Of a stretch of 64,000 nucleotides of DNA, positions 47,532 to 57,070 are shown in pieces. The translations under genes were made by a program, and so were the position numbers. How positions within the stretch are numbered: position 1 is the first letter of the stretch; each line of letters begins with the position of its first letter. The notes under the pieces are model-generated. The model did no database searches. It had not been told where the DNA came from and was given only the letters and a program-made list of their open reading frames with translations. The stretch is taken from sequence record NC_041973.1, one strand, 5' to 3'.

Positions 47532-47963
47532 ATGGACAACAAGATTCAAGTCGTTATCTTATCGGATGATTCGTATCAGCAACGCTTCCTGTTCCTGGAA
47601 GTCCCTGTGCTCGTGAGCAACATTGATACCGACATCACCGTCCGTAAGCTTATTAATGAAGCGACAGCAAAAGGCCGCCCTGATTTTAACGTCTCTCTGA
47701 TCAGTGCAGGGATCGGTATGATTGCCGGTTCTAATAACGTTACCATGGAATACCAGATCAAAGCGAACTGCTCAGGTGCCGCCGGTGAGATCGCTGAGTA
47801 TATCCGCACCGTAGGTAACTACGAGCGGGTACAGGTAGCAACCAAACCCCACATCGCCCTGGCGATGCTGCATAACGAAGATTGGGTAGGTAAGCAAACC
47901 ATCGATCTGATGGATGCAACCCCGTTCCTGACCATTACTCCTCTTACTGAAGAGACCTGCTAA
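47532..47963 (+). CDS. Hypothetical protein
   Basis: RBS GAGGAG; N-terminus loosely similar to the previous ORF. Confidence 0.6.
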   Translation: MDNKIQVVILSDDSYQQRFLFLEVPVLVSNIDTDITVRKLINEATAKGRPDFNVSLISAGIGMIAGSNNVTMEYQIKANCSGAAGEIAEYIRTVGNYERVQVATKPHIALAMLHNEDWVGKQTIDLMDATPFLTITPLTEETC

Positions 47964-47964
47964 C

Positions 47965-48921
47965 ATGGCTGAAGTCATTAAACGCTTGCCGGGGATGAAT
48001 CACCATCCGGCATACCCTGGTATCTGGGTACCCTTCAAAGGTTATCGTCTGAAGGATTACTACGACATCAAACTGAAAACCGGTGAGGTGTATAAGTGCT
48101 GGTACCCGAACGCCACCGCCTGGTCACCCCGGGGTGAGTTAGTGGAAGGTCAGCCGGGCCGGGTAGAGGATGATGATGTGGTGGAGATCCGCCTGTTACC
48201 CGATGAAGAGATCACTGACCGTTATTGGTTCAAAGGCGAAGATCGTCTGAAGCGCAATATCGATTTCTTTGGCGATGTGTTACCGGAAGTGATTACCGCA
48301 GAAGATGGCACGGTAACCTTTAAACCGATCACCCGGCGCGTGTTTGATGAGTTGGTAACCAGTAGCTGGGATGGTGAGAAAGCGATCTGGCTACGGGAGG
48401 ATGAGTTATCCGTCGAGGAGCTCAAGACCAGGCTCTGGAGTGAGAAGGGTGATATCGATCCTGATTCGATACTGGGTCAGTCATTCACCACTTATCTGAC
48501 GCTACTCTGCACCCAAGCCAAATACGAGCTTGAGTTGCTGGAAGTACCGTGGAAGGGCAGCACATTCTACATGAACCTGATGAGCCCCACTGACTATCAG
48601 CGTGAAGCATGTCTGAATGCAGTGGTCAAGCTTGAAGAACTGGCGGCGCAGAAGCAAGCTGAAGAGCGTTTGCCTTCCACACCTTATCGTGGCGTCACGG
48701 CAGCAGGTCGTGCAGCACAACGCGCCGTGGTCACGGCAGCGGCGCATACATTGGTATCTGCCTTGGATCGTAAAGCGATAGCTGGCGCCAAGCACATGAA
48801 AGGTGATCGCTTTGTTACTAAAGGCGAAGCACGGGTAGTCGATGGTCAGAAACTGACCGGGAAGCAATTACGTAAACTGCAGAAGAAACAACGGAGGGCT
48901 GAACGTGGAACAGTCGAATGA
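47965..48921 (+). CDS. Hypothetical protein with a basic C-terminal tail
   Basis: 318 aa; ends KQLRKLQKKQRRAERG. Confidence 0.6.
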   Translation: MAEVIKRLPGMNHHPAYPGIWVPFKGYRLKDYYDIKLKTGEVYKCWYPNATAWSPRGELVEGQPGRVEDDDVVEIRLLPDEEITDRYWFKGEDRLKRNIDFFGDVLPEVITAEDGTVTFKPITRRVFDELVTSSWDGEKAIWLREDELSVEELKTRLWSEKGDIDPDSILGQSFTTYLTLLCTQAKYELELLEVPWKGSTFYMNLMSPTDYQREACLNAVVKLEELAAQKQAEERLPSTPYRGVTAAGRAAQRAVVTAAAHTLVSALDRKAIAGAKHMKGDRFVTKGEARVVDGQKLTGKQLRKLQKKQRRAERGTVE

Positions 48922-49213
48922 AGAAATCAAACTAATCAGTGGTGATGAAGAACGTGGCGAAGCTTCGTATTTAGTCGAAAGTGAATACGAAGCCCGTGAC
49001 GCGTATCAGCATTTCATTGAGCACTATACTGGCGATTCAATCACCGATGGCGAAGATCAGTGGCATACGGTTGCCAGTGAAGGATTCCTCAGTGACCTTG
49101 ACTATCCGGTGATTGTGATCTTCTACATCAACTGGGATCATGCTGACCGTCACGAAGTGAAGTCCGTTCCCGTCAATGGTTTGAGTGCGCTTGCGCCTCA
49201 TCTGTTCAAATAA
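48905..49213 (+). CDS. Acidic hypothetical protein
   Basis: GTG start with RBS GGAGG, overlapping the previous stop. Confidence 0.55.
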   Translation: MEQSNEEIKLISGDEERGEASYLVESEYEARDAYQHFIEHYTGDSITDGEDQWHTVASEGFLSDLDYPVIVIFYINWDHADRHEVKSVPVNGLSALAPHLFK

Positions 49214-49238
49214 GTTCCATTAACCCAAAGAGGTAATT

Positions 49239-49532
49239 ATGTCGTTCACACTGTCAAAGAAACTCGTTCCTGTTCTGCTCACCGCAAAAGACGGCCGTAA
49301 GTACGCCGTTGTTAATGGCGGTAACCGCGCCAAGCTGACCCTCGGCTTTGATGACGGGATCAGTCAGGAGGTTGCTGTGCCTTCTGAGCAGATTCCTGAA
49401 GAAGCGCGCACCAACGGCACTAAACTGTATTTCGATGCAGAAGGTGCGGTGACGGGCTGGGATGCAGCACCGGGTGGAAAGACGAAGTCAAGCACGACTG
49501 CCGGATCAATGACCATGCGTCGTCCTGGCTAA
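49239..49532 (+). CDS. Hypothetical protein
   Basis: RBS AGAGGT; followed by a terminator element. Confidence 0.6.
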   Translation: MSFTLSKKLVPVLLTAKDGRKYAVVNGGNRAKLTLGFDDGISQEVAVPSEQIPEEARTNGTKLYFDAEGAVTGWDAAPGGKTKSSTTAGSMTMRRPG

Positions 49533-49540
49533 ACCATCAG

Positions 49541-49566
49541 GGGGAGGGAAACCTCCCCTTATGCCG
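49541..49566 (+). terminator. Hairpin + TTATGCCG element
   Basis: ggggagg-gaaa-cctcccc-ttatgccg. Confidence 0.75.
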
Positions 49567-49578
49567 TATGGAGGGGTT

Positions 49579-50109
49579 ATGAGTTTATTGATCTACACTG
49601 ACGGGTTGTTAATCGGGGATCGTCGGGGAACACGTAATGCAGAGCATGAGCGATTCATCCGTGACATGAAGAAGACCCATGTTTCGAAATGCAAGCGCTT
49701 AGCGTTAGGGGTGGTAGGGGAAGAGATTCATCCAACAGATCTGCCAAAGGTGATGACCTTCTTTATTAACTCGCTGACCGATCACTATCATCGTGAACAC
49801 GACGTGGGCTATACCCACAGCTATAGCGAAGAAGAGTCATTGGTAGCCGGTCTTGAGAATCGTCGTTTTATCCTGATGACAGCTGACCGGGCTTTTATCA
49901 TTAACTTCGGCTCTTTGACTGAGATCACTCACGAGCCCTGGTATTGCTCAGGTAACGGGATGGTGATGGCCGATGTCTTTCTGACTGCAGGGATGTCGCC
50001 AGGGAAAGTAATTGAAGCGGTGGCTAAACTTAACCTGGAAGTGGGGCATTCATTTACCCGTGTCGAACAGTCTCGCTTAAAACCCTTGATTAAGAAGGTG
50101 GAAGAATGA
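49579..50109 (+). CDS. HslV/Ntn-hydrolase-like protein
   Basis: MS.LIYTDG.L.GDRR and YCSGNG..MA..L.AG....VIEAVAK resemble phage HslV-family peptidases; start behind GGAGG. Confidence 0.45.
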   Translation: MSLLIYTDGLLIGDRRGTRNAEHERFIRDMKKTHVSKCKRLALGVVGEEIHPTDLPKVMTFFINSLTDHYHREHDVGYTHSYSEEESLVAGLENRRFILMTADRAFIINFGSLTEITHEPWYCSGNGMVMADVFLTAGMSPGKVIEAVAKLNLEVGHSFTRVEQSRLKPLIKKVEE

Positions 50110-50618
50110 GTGGCATATTCGCAGCCCAAGGGCGTAACCTGGTGTTTCCTACTCAGCTGGAGAAAAGGAGTGGGCTTTACTACACCCCGCCTCCTGAAGC
50201 GTGCTGGATGCCTTGGGGGCGTTACTTCCCGCTGTCAGCAACCAGCTTCAATATCCTCGAGCATTTCATGACCGGAGAAGATCTGCCACGGGAGAGTTCA
50301 TACTCGACGCATGTGCTCGGTATTCTGGTCACACCAAACGGACTGATCTACGAATACATCAATACCGTTGAAGGGATTAGACGGCGGGTTGTTCCTTTGG
50401 GTAAAGGCGCAGTGTATTGTCGCTCCGATGATCCATTGCTGGAAGAAGCTATGACGGCAGCGATGGTAGTGCATGATCAGCTGGTCGATGCCATTACGTT
50501 AGTGAGTAAGTCACGCAAACTGATGACCCATCAGTACAAATATACAACACTGGACAAAGTATATGCGGAAATAAAGGAACGTAAACTTGTCCTGCAGCCG
50601 CCCACGAGGAACCACTAA
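50106..50618 (+). CDS. Hypothetical protein, possible divergent paralog of 49579
   Basis: GILVTPNGLIYEY and VYCRSD..AM.A...DAITLVSK; ATGA overlap with the previous gene. Confidence 0.45.
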   Translation: MSGIFAAQGRNLVFPTQLEKRSGLYYTPPPEACWMPWGRYFPLSATSFNILEHFMTGEDLPRESSYSTHVLGILVTPNGLIYEYINTVEGIRRRVVPLGKGAVYCRSDDPLLEEAMTAAMVVHDQLVDAITLVSKSRKLMTHQYKYTTLDKVYAEIKERKLVLQPPTRNH

Positions 50619-50648
50619 TTTAACCCCTGTTTATATAGAAAGGAAAAT

Positions 50649-51095
50649 ATGAACAACTTTATTAACGATGCTTTAGATATCATTGAACTTAACGAAAGTA
50701 GTGCACGTACTGAACTCTGCCGCAAGCAGGAAGCTTCGTTACCGGCCTATATTCTCAAACTGGCGACTAGACTTGCCAAGAAGATTACCTATGCAGTTCG
50801 CTTAATGGAGAGACGCGATGAAGGGTATGTTCGTCTTGGTACTTATAGCGATCGCTGGTTACTCTGTTTTGGTGACCGCATCAGCCGTTATGGCATGCAT
50901 ACGTCGGGTAAACATGCGCTCTATCTTACCTTGGATTGGGCTACTTTTATCCGTGACCATAAGTTATTTGACGTGGCAAATCACCTACTTCAATTGGCTC
51001 TGGGCAAGTTGCTTCCTGGGCATTGTGTGTTACTGGGCGGTGAAACACCCAAACACGAATTCGAGTTCGTGATCTGCAAACAAACAACAAAATAA
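50649..51095 (+). CDS. Hypothetical protein (family with 51107 and 53154)
   Basis: C-terminal F.RD..L......L...L....VLLG. Confidence 0.55.
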   Translation: MNNFINDALDIIELNESSARTELCRKQEASLPAYILKLATRLAKKITYAVRLMERRDEGYVRLGTYSDRWLLCFGDRISRYGMHTSGKHALYLTLDWATFIRDHKLFDVANHLLQLALGKLLPGHCVLLGGETPKHEFEFVICKQTTK

Positions 51096-51106
51096 GAGAG
51101 GGCATC

Positions 51107-51526
51107 ATGCCACAGCGTGGTACAGCACCGAACTTTGCAGAATTCACACAGCAAGAACTGGCAGAGAAGGTAATCCCGATACTGCCAGATTACTGTAACC
51201 GTCTTTGTGGGGTCATGATCAGTACATGCTTTGCGCATCGCGTTGGACTTACTGACAAATCTGTACTGCGTTTTGCTGAGTATCACTTCAACCCCACGCC
51301 CGACCTAGCGCGACAAACAGACTGGTCGGTGGAAGTGCGAAGTGAGCAGTGTGTGGTTTATGAACTCAACATCCCCAAGTTTGTCCACGAGGCTGGATTG
51401 GTAAAGCAGTTTTTAGATATCCTCTCCAGTCATCTTGAACTTTATTTCACTGACAGTAAGGTACTCCTCGGCCATGTACTCCCGCCGTGCTTCCTTACTA
51501 TCCGCATTGAGAAAACAACACCATGA
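51107..51526 (+). CDS. Hypothetical protein (same family)
   Basis: FVHEAGL....L...L....VLLG. Confidence 0.55.
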   Translation: MPQRGTAPNFAEFTQQELAEKVIPILPDYCNRLCGVMISTCFAHRVGLTDKSVLRFAEYHFNPTPDLARQTDWSVEVRSEQCVVYELNIPKFVHEAGLVKQFLDILSSHLELYFTDSKVLLGHVLPPCFLTIRIEKTTP

Positions 51527-52290
51527 ATCTTTATCTCGTCTCTGACAGTCGTTATACCCCACCGGGTGATTTCTACAACAACTGGTTAGTCCACGCTAAT
51601 AGTCGTGACAGTGCCGCGATGTTGTGTAATTCACGTTGTCTGGTTGATACCTTTGAGATTGGTAGCCTGAACTACAACAACGGCGAACTGATCATGATGC
51701 ACAAGACCGTCCAGCACACGGATGAACCGCGTCTGAAGCAGAAGGTTGGGGATGCACTGTATTATCCTTTAACGGTATCACCTGACAGCAGTGCCTTTGA
51801 CCGTATCATTGGTGAGATCGTGAACAAAGCCGCCTCTCCGTTACCGGAAGGTGTCTCTGTCGATCGCCTTCTCATCAATGCTGACAGTCCTGAAGCGCTG
51901 TTCTTTATCTCGCGCCATGACTTTGGTGCATCACGTTGTTACTACAAGATCCCCAGTGAACTCGACAGCCAAATCTCTAAACTGCTGGACTTCAATAAAG
52001 GTGAGCGTATTCCCCGTACGTCTCACGAACCGGTTGTGCTCTCCTGGCGTAGTCGTCTCTCCCTCATGATCGCGCGTCAGCATGATGATGCGTACAACCA
52101 TGAGAAGCTGGAGATCTACCGTAAAATGGCATTTGATCTGGTAGCTACCGCTACCGTCGAGGATAGCGCCACGCCTGTTGCCCTCGACCCTGATCAACCG
52201 GACTTCAAAGTCTGGATGCCGGGAATTGATGAAGAGAAGATCCATCAAGCGCTGGATACGTTAGGTGCGCCACGTCAGTTAGGGGAATAG
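51523..52290 (+). CDS. Hypothetical protein
   Basis: 255 aa, ATGA overlap with the previous gene. Confidence 0.6.
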   Translation: MNLYLVSDSRYTPPGDFYNNWLVHANSRDSAAMLCNSRCLVDTFEIGSLNYNNGELIMMHKTVQHTDEPRLKQKVGDALYYPLTVSPDSSAFDRIIGEIVNKAASPLPEGVSVDRLLINADSPEALFFISRHDFGASRCYYKIPSELDSQISKLLDFNKGERIPRTSHEPVVLSWRSRLSLMIARQHDDAYNHEKLEIYRKMAFDLVATATVEDSATPVALDPDQPDFKVWMPGIDEEKIHQALDTLGAPRQLGE

Positions 52291-52311
52291 CCTATTATAT
52301 AGGTTGTAACT

Positions 52312-52431
52312 CAATGGGATGGTGATCTTTTATCTTCCGCGGGTGAGGGTTAGAACCCGGCTGTGGCCGCATAGCCAAAGTCGGTTAATCAAAGTCGACG
52401 GATTTGGATTACCCGGCGTGACTTGTCATTG
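52312..52431 (+). ncRNA. Candidate structured non-coding RNA (four-way junction)
   Basis: Closing stem 52338-46/52409-18 encloses three hairpins; outer stem 52312-17/52426-31; intergenic; ends before a hairpin-TTATGCCG element. Confidence 0.5.
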
Positions 52432-52478
52432 TTTCACTTTGTTCTACTACACAAACAGCTCAACTCTCTCATAATTCA

Positions 52479-52508
52479 AGGGGTGGGGTAACTCACCCCT
52501 TTATGCCG
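52479..52508 (+). terminator. Hairpin + TTATGCCG element
   Basis: aggggtggg-gtaa-ctcacccct-ttatgccg. Confidence 0.75.
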
Positions 52509-52523
52509 CAAGGATCTATTATC

Positions 52524-52856
52524 ATGCAGGAATTCTTCAAAAGCTACGGCACGTACTTCTTTGATGTACTCATGTTTATCATGGTGTTCGCCTGGTGTTT
52601 CTGTGGCAGTGGCGGTACACGTCATGACAAAAACAAATGGTTGCGTTACGGCGCACCTGTTGCATTTGGTCTTTTTGTTGTGCTGGTCGTCCACGGGTTT
52701 GGTGCATTTGATCGTTATCTGGAAAGGAATAAGTGCGCTGACTTACCAATAGGTGTCGGTGTAATGATTGAAGACCGCTGCTACAAGCGCGTTGATGGAC
52801 CCGTGTACATATCCGCCGACAGTACCGTGTACAAGGAGAGCAATGTACATGACTGA
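52524..52856 (+). CDS. Small two-TM membrane protein
   Basis: Start MQEFFK behind AAGGA; two hydrophobic helices. Confidence 0.6.
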   Translation: MQEFFKSYGTYFFDVLMFIMVFAWCFCGSGGTRHDKNKWLRYGAPVAFGLFVVLVVHGFGAFDRYLERNKCADLPIGVGVMIEDRCYKRVDGPVYISADSTVYKESNVHD

Positions 52857-53052
52857 TTTGTGGTTGTACATTGCAATCTTTCTGCTCTGTTATATCTGGG
52901 CATTCTTCGGTCTTCCACCTACCGGTAATAAAAGAAAGCTTTATCTGTATCCGGGAATCGTTGCAGTAGCGTTCTGTTTAGGTGTAATGGCGATTAAGAA
53001 CTGCAGTGATTCAACCACACAATATCAACCGCTGTACAACGTGCATCAATAA
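52849..53052 (+). CDS. Small two-TM membrane protein
   Basis: Start MTDLWL behind AAGGAG. Confidence 0.6.
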   Translation: MTDLWLYIAIFLLCYIWAFFGLPPTGNKRKLYLYPGIVAVAFCLGVMAIKNCSDSTTQYQPLYNVHQ

Positions 53053-53055
53053 CGG

Positions 53056-53083
53056 GAGGAGGCTTTGGCCTCCTCTTATGCCG
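53056..53083 (+). terminator. Hairpin + TTATGCCG element
   Basis: gaggaggc-tttg-gcctcctc-ttatgccg. Confidence 0.75.
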
Positions 53084-53153
53084 ACTATTCTTTTTTGGTT
53101 ATTTCCTACATCTACCCGCAAATCATTTAGCCCATTATACACTGGAGTTATTC

Positions 53154-53705
53154 ATGGAAAAGATTACGAGCGATACGATCCTTGCTAAGTTACGTGAGGT
53201 GGCAGAAACAAACAAAGAAAACCAACATCATAAACTCCGCTCAATAAGCCAAACCATGGCGTACAACATTGAAGCGATCGTCGAGCTGATTGCGTTATCG
53301 GGTGAGATGCACCTTGACCTGCTTGATCGACACAAGGTTGATGCGATCATAGAGCCGCATTACAAAGGCAATCAACGGGCTTATAGTCGATTGAGCCATA
53401 CCGCCTCTATTCATACGGGCATGGAATACCTTGCCGGCAACGCACACATCTATACCAACGACGACGGTAAAGAAGCGGTACGAATCATCTGCACCTTTAA
53501 ATTTAAGCGCGACTTCCTGCAACCTAGCTTATTACCTAAGGTACTTCACTACTGCCTGCGGGAGCTTAAGCCGCAACTTGCTGACAGTGGTGCTGTCCTC
53601 TTCCACACACAGGGTGAGCTGGAAGACCCTCGTCTTAAAGGCATTCCGGGCTGGCACGTCGACGCCAACGTCCGTGATAACTCCATTGTCATTACTTTAC
53701 GTTAA
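53154..53705 (+). CDS. Hypothetical protein
   Basis: RBS GGAG; C-terminal half resembles 50649 and 51107. Confidence 0.55.
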   Translation: MEKITSDTILAKLREVAETNKENQHHKLRSISQTMAYNIEAIVELIALSGEMHLDLLDRHKVDAIIEPHYKGNQRAYSRLSHTASIHTGMEYLAGNAHIYTNDDGKEAVRIICTFKFKRDFLQPSLLPKVLHYCLRELKPQLADSGAVLFHTQGELEDPRLKGIPGWHVDANVRDNSIVITLR

Positions 53706-53715
53706 GGAATCATAC

Positions 53716-54426
53716 ATGATCGTTGTTGTTGTTGATACTGAATCGACTGCCTTGGATGAACTCGCGGGTATTCTTAGTTTGTCCGCTATTCGCACTAACG
53801 TGGCTGACATGAGTTGCATCAAGCACCTGATCGGTGTGCACCAAGCCGGCAAGACGCATGACGACATCTTCCATGCCGTATTAAACCTCAATGAACAATA
53901 CGTGATGGGTCGTACCTTCTTGCAAAGCACGCAGGATTGGTGGATGAAGAAAACCACCCCGGCGGCGAAGGCTTCAGTAACCGGACCAACGCAGTCTGCA
54001 AAAGATGCTTTGACAGCATTTGTGGCTTTCATCGAAAAGGCCATTGAGGCGACGATTAACGAACGCGGGGAGAAAGCGAAGGTCCAGCTGTACTACCGTG
54101 GCGACTTCGATGCTAAAGCCATTGCGTCCCTGGCAAAAGCGGTGGGTGTTGAACTCCCGTATATCTTCAATCAGAACAAAGAGATCCGCACATATATCGA
54201 TGCCAAGCTGGACACGGATATCGGTTATATCCCGTGGCTCGGTTACCCAGAAGGACTGGGGCGTCATAGCTCACTCGATGATGTTCTAATCGATGGCTTC
54301 GAGATGGCGGTGGCCTATCGCATCAATCACCTCGAAAAGTTCGATAAAAAGTCGGTGCCGGGCGAGATCGCCAAACTGAAAGAAACGTACCCTGTTCCGG
54401 AGAAAACCCATGCAAAATCTAAATGA
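53716..54426 (+). CDS. DEDD 3'-5' exonuclease (Rv2179c/DUF5051-like)
   Basis: VVDTESTAL (ExoI), T.DWW.K, RGDFD (ExoII), HSSLDD (ExoIII); start behind AAGGA. Confidence 0.8.
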   Translation: MIVVVVDTESTALDELAGILSLSAIRTNVADMSCIKHLIGVHQAGKTHDDIFHAVLNLNEQYVMGRTFLQSTQDWWMKKTTPAAKASVTGPTQSAKDALTAFVAFIEKAIEATINERGEKAKVQLYYRGDFDAKAIASLAKAVGVELPYIFNQNKEIRTYIDAKLDTDIGYIPWLGYPEGLGRHSSLDDVLIDGFEMAVAYRINHLEKFDKKSVPGEIAKLKETYPVPEKTHAKSK

Positions 54427-55132
54427 CCGTATCTTTGCCAATTATGATGGTTACATTGAAGCTATTGATGCGCATTTTAAACCTACCTATCAACTGCAGC
54501 TGGCTGAGCAAGTCATCCCGGGTGAGCAGATGGATAAGCTTGTAACCTGGATGGACCACAACGCCCATGTCAAGGGTGCAACCGTCTACCTGATGGAGTT
54601 GGTGCCTGATCTCGATAAACCGCATCCTGCACAATCAGAGATGCGTGTGTTTATTGCACTCGGTATGTTTAATCGTGAAGTCAACCCTGATTTGCCTTAC
54701 TGGTGTCATGTACATCGCCATTACCCGGTTAACCTCGCTGTCGACTTGATTGTTACTGACCTGCAAGGCGTTCCTGTAACCCATGCCGTTCTGACTGCGT
54801 TTAAGTCATTTGATCGAGCGCGTACCTACAGGGATAATCTCGGCGGTAAAGGCGGGCATCAACCGCATCACGAAATCCATACTGGCATTATTGACCAAAG
54901 TGGTAAGGTGATCTTCGAAGCCTACGGGAATATCAACTGGCATACCAAGAATGCCATTCGTCTGCTGGCCGAACGACAGATCCTGCAGGAAGATACCGAG
55001 TTGTCAGCGGTGTGGTTACTGGCGGGTTTAAAAGCAGGTGTCAACTGGAAAGTCGAAGACCATGTTGACATCATGAAAGCAATTGATACTTTCCGTCCGA
55101 GGAATACCCATGATTTTAACGGCTATGTTTAA
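54410..55132 (+). CDS. Hypothetical protein
   Basis: 240 aa, RBS GGAGA. Confidence 0.6.
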   Translation: MQNLNDRIFANYDGYIEAIDAHFKPTYQLQLAEQVIPGEQMDKLVTWMDHNAHVKGATVYLMELVPDLDKPHPAQSEMRVFIALGMFNREVNPDLPYWCHVHRHYPVNLAVDLIVTDLQGVPVTHAVLTAFKSFDRARTYRDNLGGKGGHQPHHEIHTGIIDQSGKVIFEAYGNINWHTKNAIRLLAERQILQEDTELSAVWLLAGLKAGVNWKVEDHVDIMKAIDTFRPRNTHDFNGYV

Positions 55133-55874
55133 GAAGTGCTTTGGTGCTTCATCTGTCTATAAAGAAGATGACGGCAGCACGCGTATTACCGCCGACCAGT
55201 ATGAGCTTACGCTGGGGCGATCCTACAACCCTAAGCTTAAGCGTAAGGTAGGTCGGGGATTTGGCTTCTATGTCGAAAATGGTGAGAAGCTCGAGTTCGT
55301 CCTGCGGGGTTACTGGTTTGTGTTGATTGCCTGGAGCAAGAAGCGCAAATCACTCAAGTGGGACGAAGTGGAGAATGCACCGACCTACGGCTTCAATGTT
55401 GTCGACTCTGACTTAGCGATCTATCTGGGCAACGAATCCGCTAAGTCAGACAAACACATCAGCATGCGTAGTCGCAGCAAATACATCCCCCTGCCTTGGG
55501 CCTGGGTCTTCCATAAGCGTGAAGTGTTAACCACCCGTGACACCTGGGCTGATGTCAAAGAAGGTGCGCTGTCTCAAGAGTGGTCGTTCCCCGCCACATA
55601 CATCACCAAGCACAATGAAGTGCAAGAGTTGATGGTCGAAGCGAAGATGGAGCGCATGAGTTGGCGCCTGGCATGGCTGCCTTGGTTCGCGCCGGTTAGC
55701 AAGAAAGACCGCTCGGTAAGTTACAAGTACCACGGGAACGGCGGTAACGGAGTTGGTCACGATGCCAGTGGGTGGAAAGGCGGGGTCATCGGCGGTGGCA
55801 TTATCATGCGGGACAATGAACACAACCCGAAAGAAACATTCGACCGTTTAATTAAAGAGCAGCATTACGGCTAA
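55110..55874 (+). CDS. Hypothetical phage protein with a GWKGG motif
   Basis: Start set behind GAGGA. Confidence 0.55.
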   Translation: MILTAMFKKCFGASSVYKEDDGSTRITADQYELTLGRSYNPKLKRKVGRGFGFYVENGEKLEFVLRGYWFVLIAWSKKRKSLKWDEVENAPTYGFNVVDSDLAIYLGNESAKSDKHISMRSRSKYIPLPWAWVFHKREVLTTRDTWADVKEGALSQEWSFPATYITKHNEVQELMVEAKMERMSWRLAWLPWFAPVSKKDRSVSYKYHGNGGNGVGHDASGWKGGVIGGGIIMRDNEHNPKETFDRLIKEQHYG

Positions 55875-55886
55875 GAAGGAAAGCAC

Positions 55887-57038
55887 ATGCGTCAGTATTT
55901 GGATGGGATTCGTTACATCTTTGAGAACGGGTCACAACGAGGGGATCGCACCGGGGTAGGTACGTTGTCGGTGTTCTCGATGAAGCAGACTTATGATCTG
56001 CGTCTGGGATTCCCACTGGTCACCAGTAAGAAAGTGCGTATCGATTTTATTATCGAAGAGCTCATCTCTTTCCTGTCGGGTAATCCCGATATGCCGGGTG
56101 TGGGTATCTGGGATGATTGGCGTGTCAAAGACGAAGTCTCTCGTGAAGTCCCGTTAGAGAACCACGAGCGTTTAAAACTCTGGGTTGAGAAGTCGGACCT
56201 GAAGTATAACGTTGCTTACCTTCAACTCAATGCGATGGGTTCTGTCGAAGCGGGTCATCGTTTCCTGGATGAGCAAGGGATTCCACGTAACAGAAAAGAA
56301 GTACTGGTAGCAGAAGGTGCACTCAATGCACCCTATGGGCCAGCGTGGCGTGCGTGGAAAGGTCGTCAGGGCGAAGTGCATGATCAGATCAGTTATCTGC
56401 TCAAGCTGCTTAAAAACAATCCTACGAGCCGTCGTATGCTATTGTCTGCCTGGGACCCGGCGAATATGCCGGATGAGTCTATCAGTCCGCAGGATAACAT
56501 CATTGATGGCAAGCCACCTCTGACTCCGTGTCATTGGGCGTTTGAGCTGTACACTGACGAAATCCTGGCAGAGGAACGCCTTGATTGGGTCGAAGCTAAT
56601 GCACCTAGTCTCTGGGAAGACTACAATGATCGTTCAGGACGTGGTCAGTGGTTAGGCGACACAGACAGTAAGCGCCTTCATGAATTCCTGGACGAAGCCG
56701 GCGTACCGAAGTATTACCTGGATCTGAAGTATCACCAACGTTCCTGTGACTATATGGTTGGCGTGCCGTATAACATCGCCAGCTATGCGGTGTTGCAGCA
56801 CATGTTCGCCGCCACCTGTAACATGATCCCGCGGATACTGGAAGCGGATATGACTAACATCCATATCTACAACTTCCACAAAACCAATGCGGTCATGCAG
56901 GCCAGTCGCAGCCCACGCGCACTACCCACTCTGAAGGTACTCGCCGCTCACGATAAGTTGGAAGACTATACGTTGGAAGACTTTGAACTCGAAGGTTATG
57001 ATCCGCATCCTTTTATTAAATATGAAAGAGCGGTCTGA
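55887..57038 (+). CDS. thyA: Thymidylate synthase
   Basis: DRTGVGT, FPLVTSKK, YGPAWR, RRMLLSAW, PCH catalytic Cys, QRSCD..GVPYNIASY, HIY; contains in-frame insertions. Confidence 0.97.
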   Translation: MRQYLDGIRYIFENGSQRGDRTGVGTLSVFSMKQTYDLRLGFPLVTSKKVRIDFIIEELISFLSGNPDMPGVGIWDDWRVKDEVSREVPLENHERLKLWVEKSDLKYNVAYLQLNAMGSVEAGHRFLDEQGIPRNRKEVLVAEGALNAPYGPAWRAWKGRQGEVHDQISYLLKLLKNNPTSRRMLLSAWDPANMPDESISPQDNIIDGKPPLTPCHWAFELYTDEILAEERLDWVEANAPSLWEDYNDRSGRGQWLGDTDSKRLHEFLDEAGVPKYYLDLKYHQRSCDYMVGVPYNIASYAVLQHMFAATCNMIPRILEADMTNIHIYNFHKTNAVMQASRSPRALPTLKVLAAHDKLEDYTLEDFELEGYDPHPFIKYERAV

Positions 57039-57070
57039 TCCACTGGTGCGTTGAAGGGAGCACAACGGTA

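Noticed and set aside
52312-52431. Canonical tRNA or tRNA-Sec (gtgatc..tcttccgc resembles the selC 3' end)
   Set aside because: No GTTCRA T-loop, no 7-nt anticodon loop and no CCA; the resemblance is short and in the wrong position.
46077-52523. ORF-track starts at 46077, 49561 and 52503
   Set aside because: These ATGs belong to the TTATGCC motif; the downstream ATGs have proper RBSs.
55887-57038. Intron, intein or base-modifying dCMP hydroxymethylase in the long thyA
   Set aside because: Insertions are short and in-frame with no splicing motifs; the dUMP-specifying Asn (PYNIASY) is retained.
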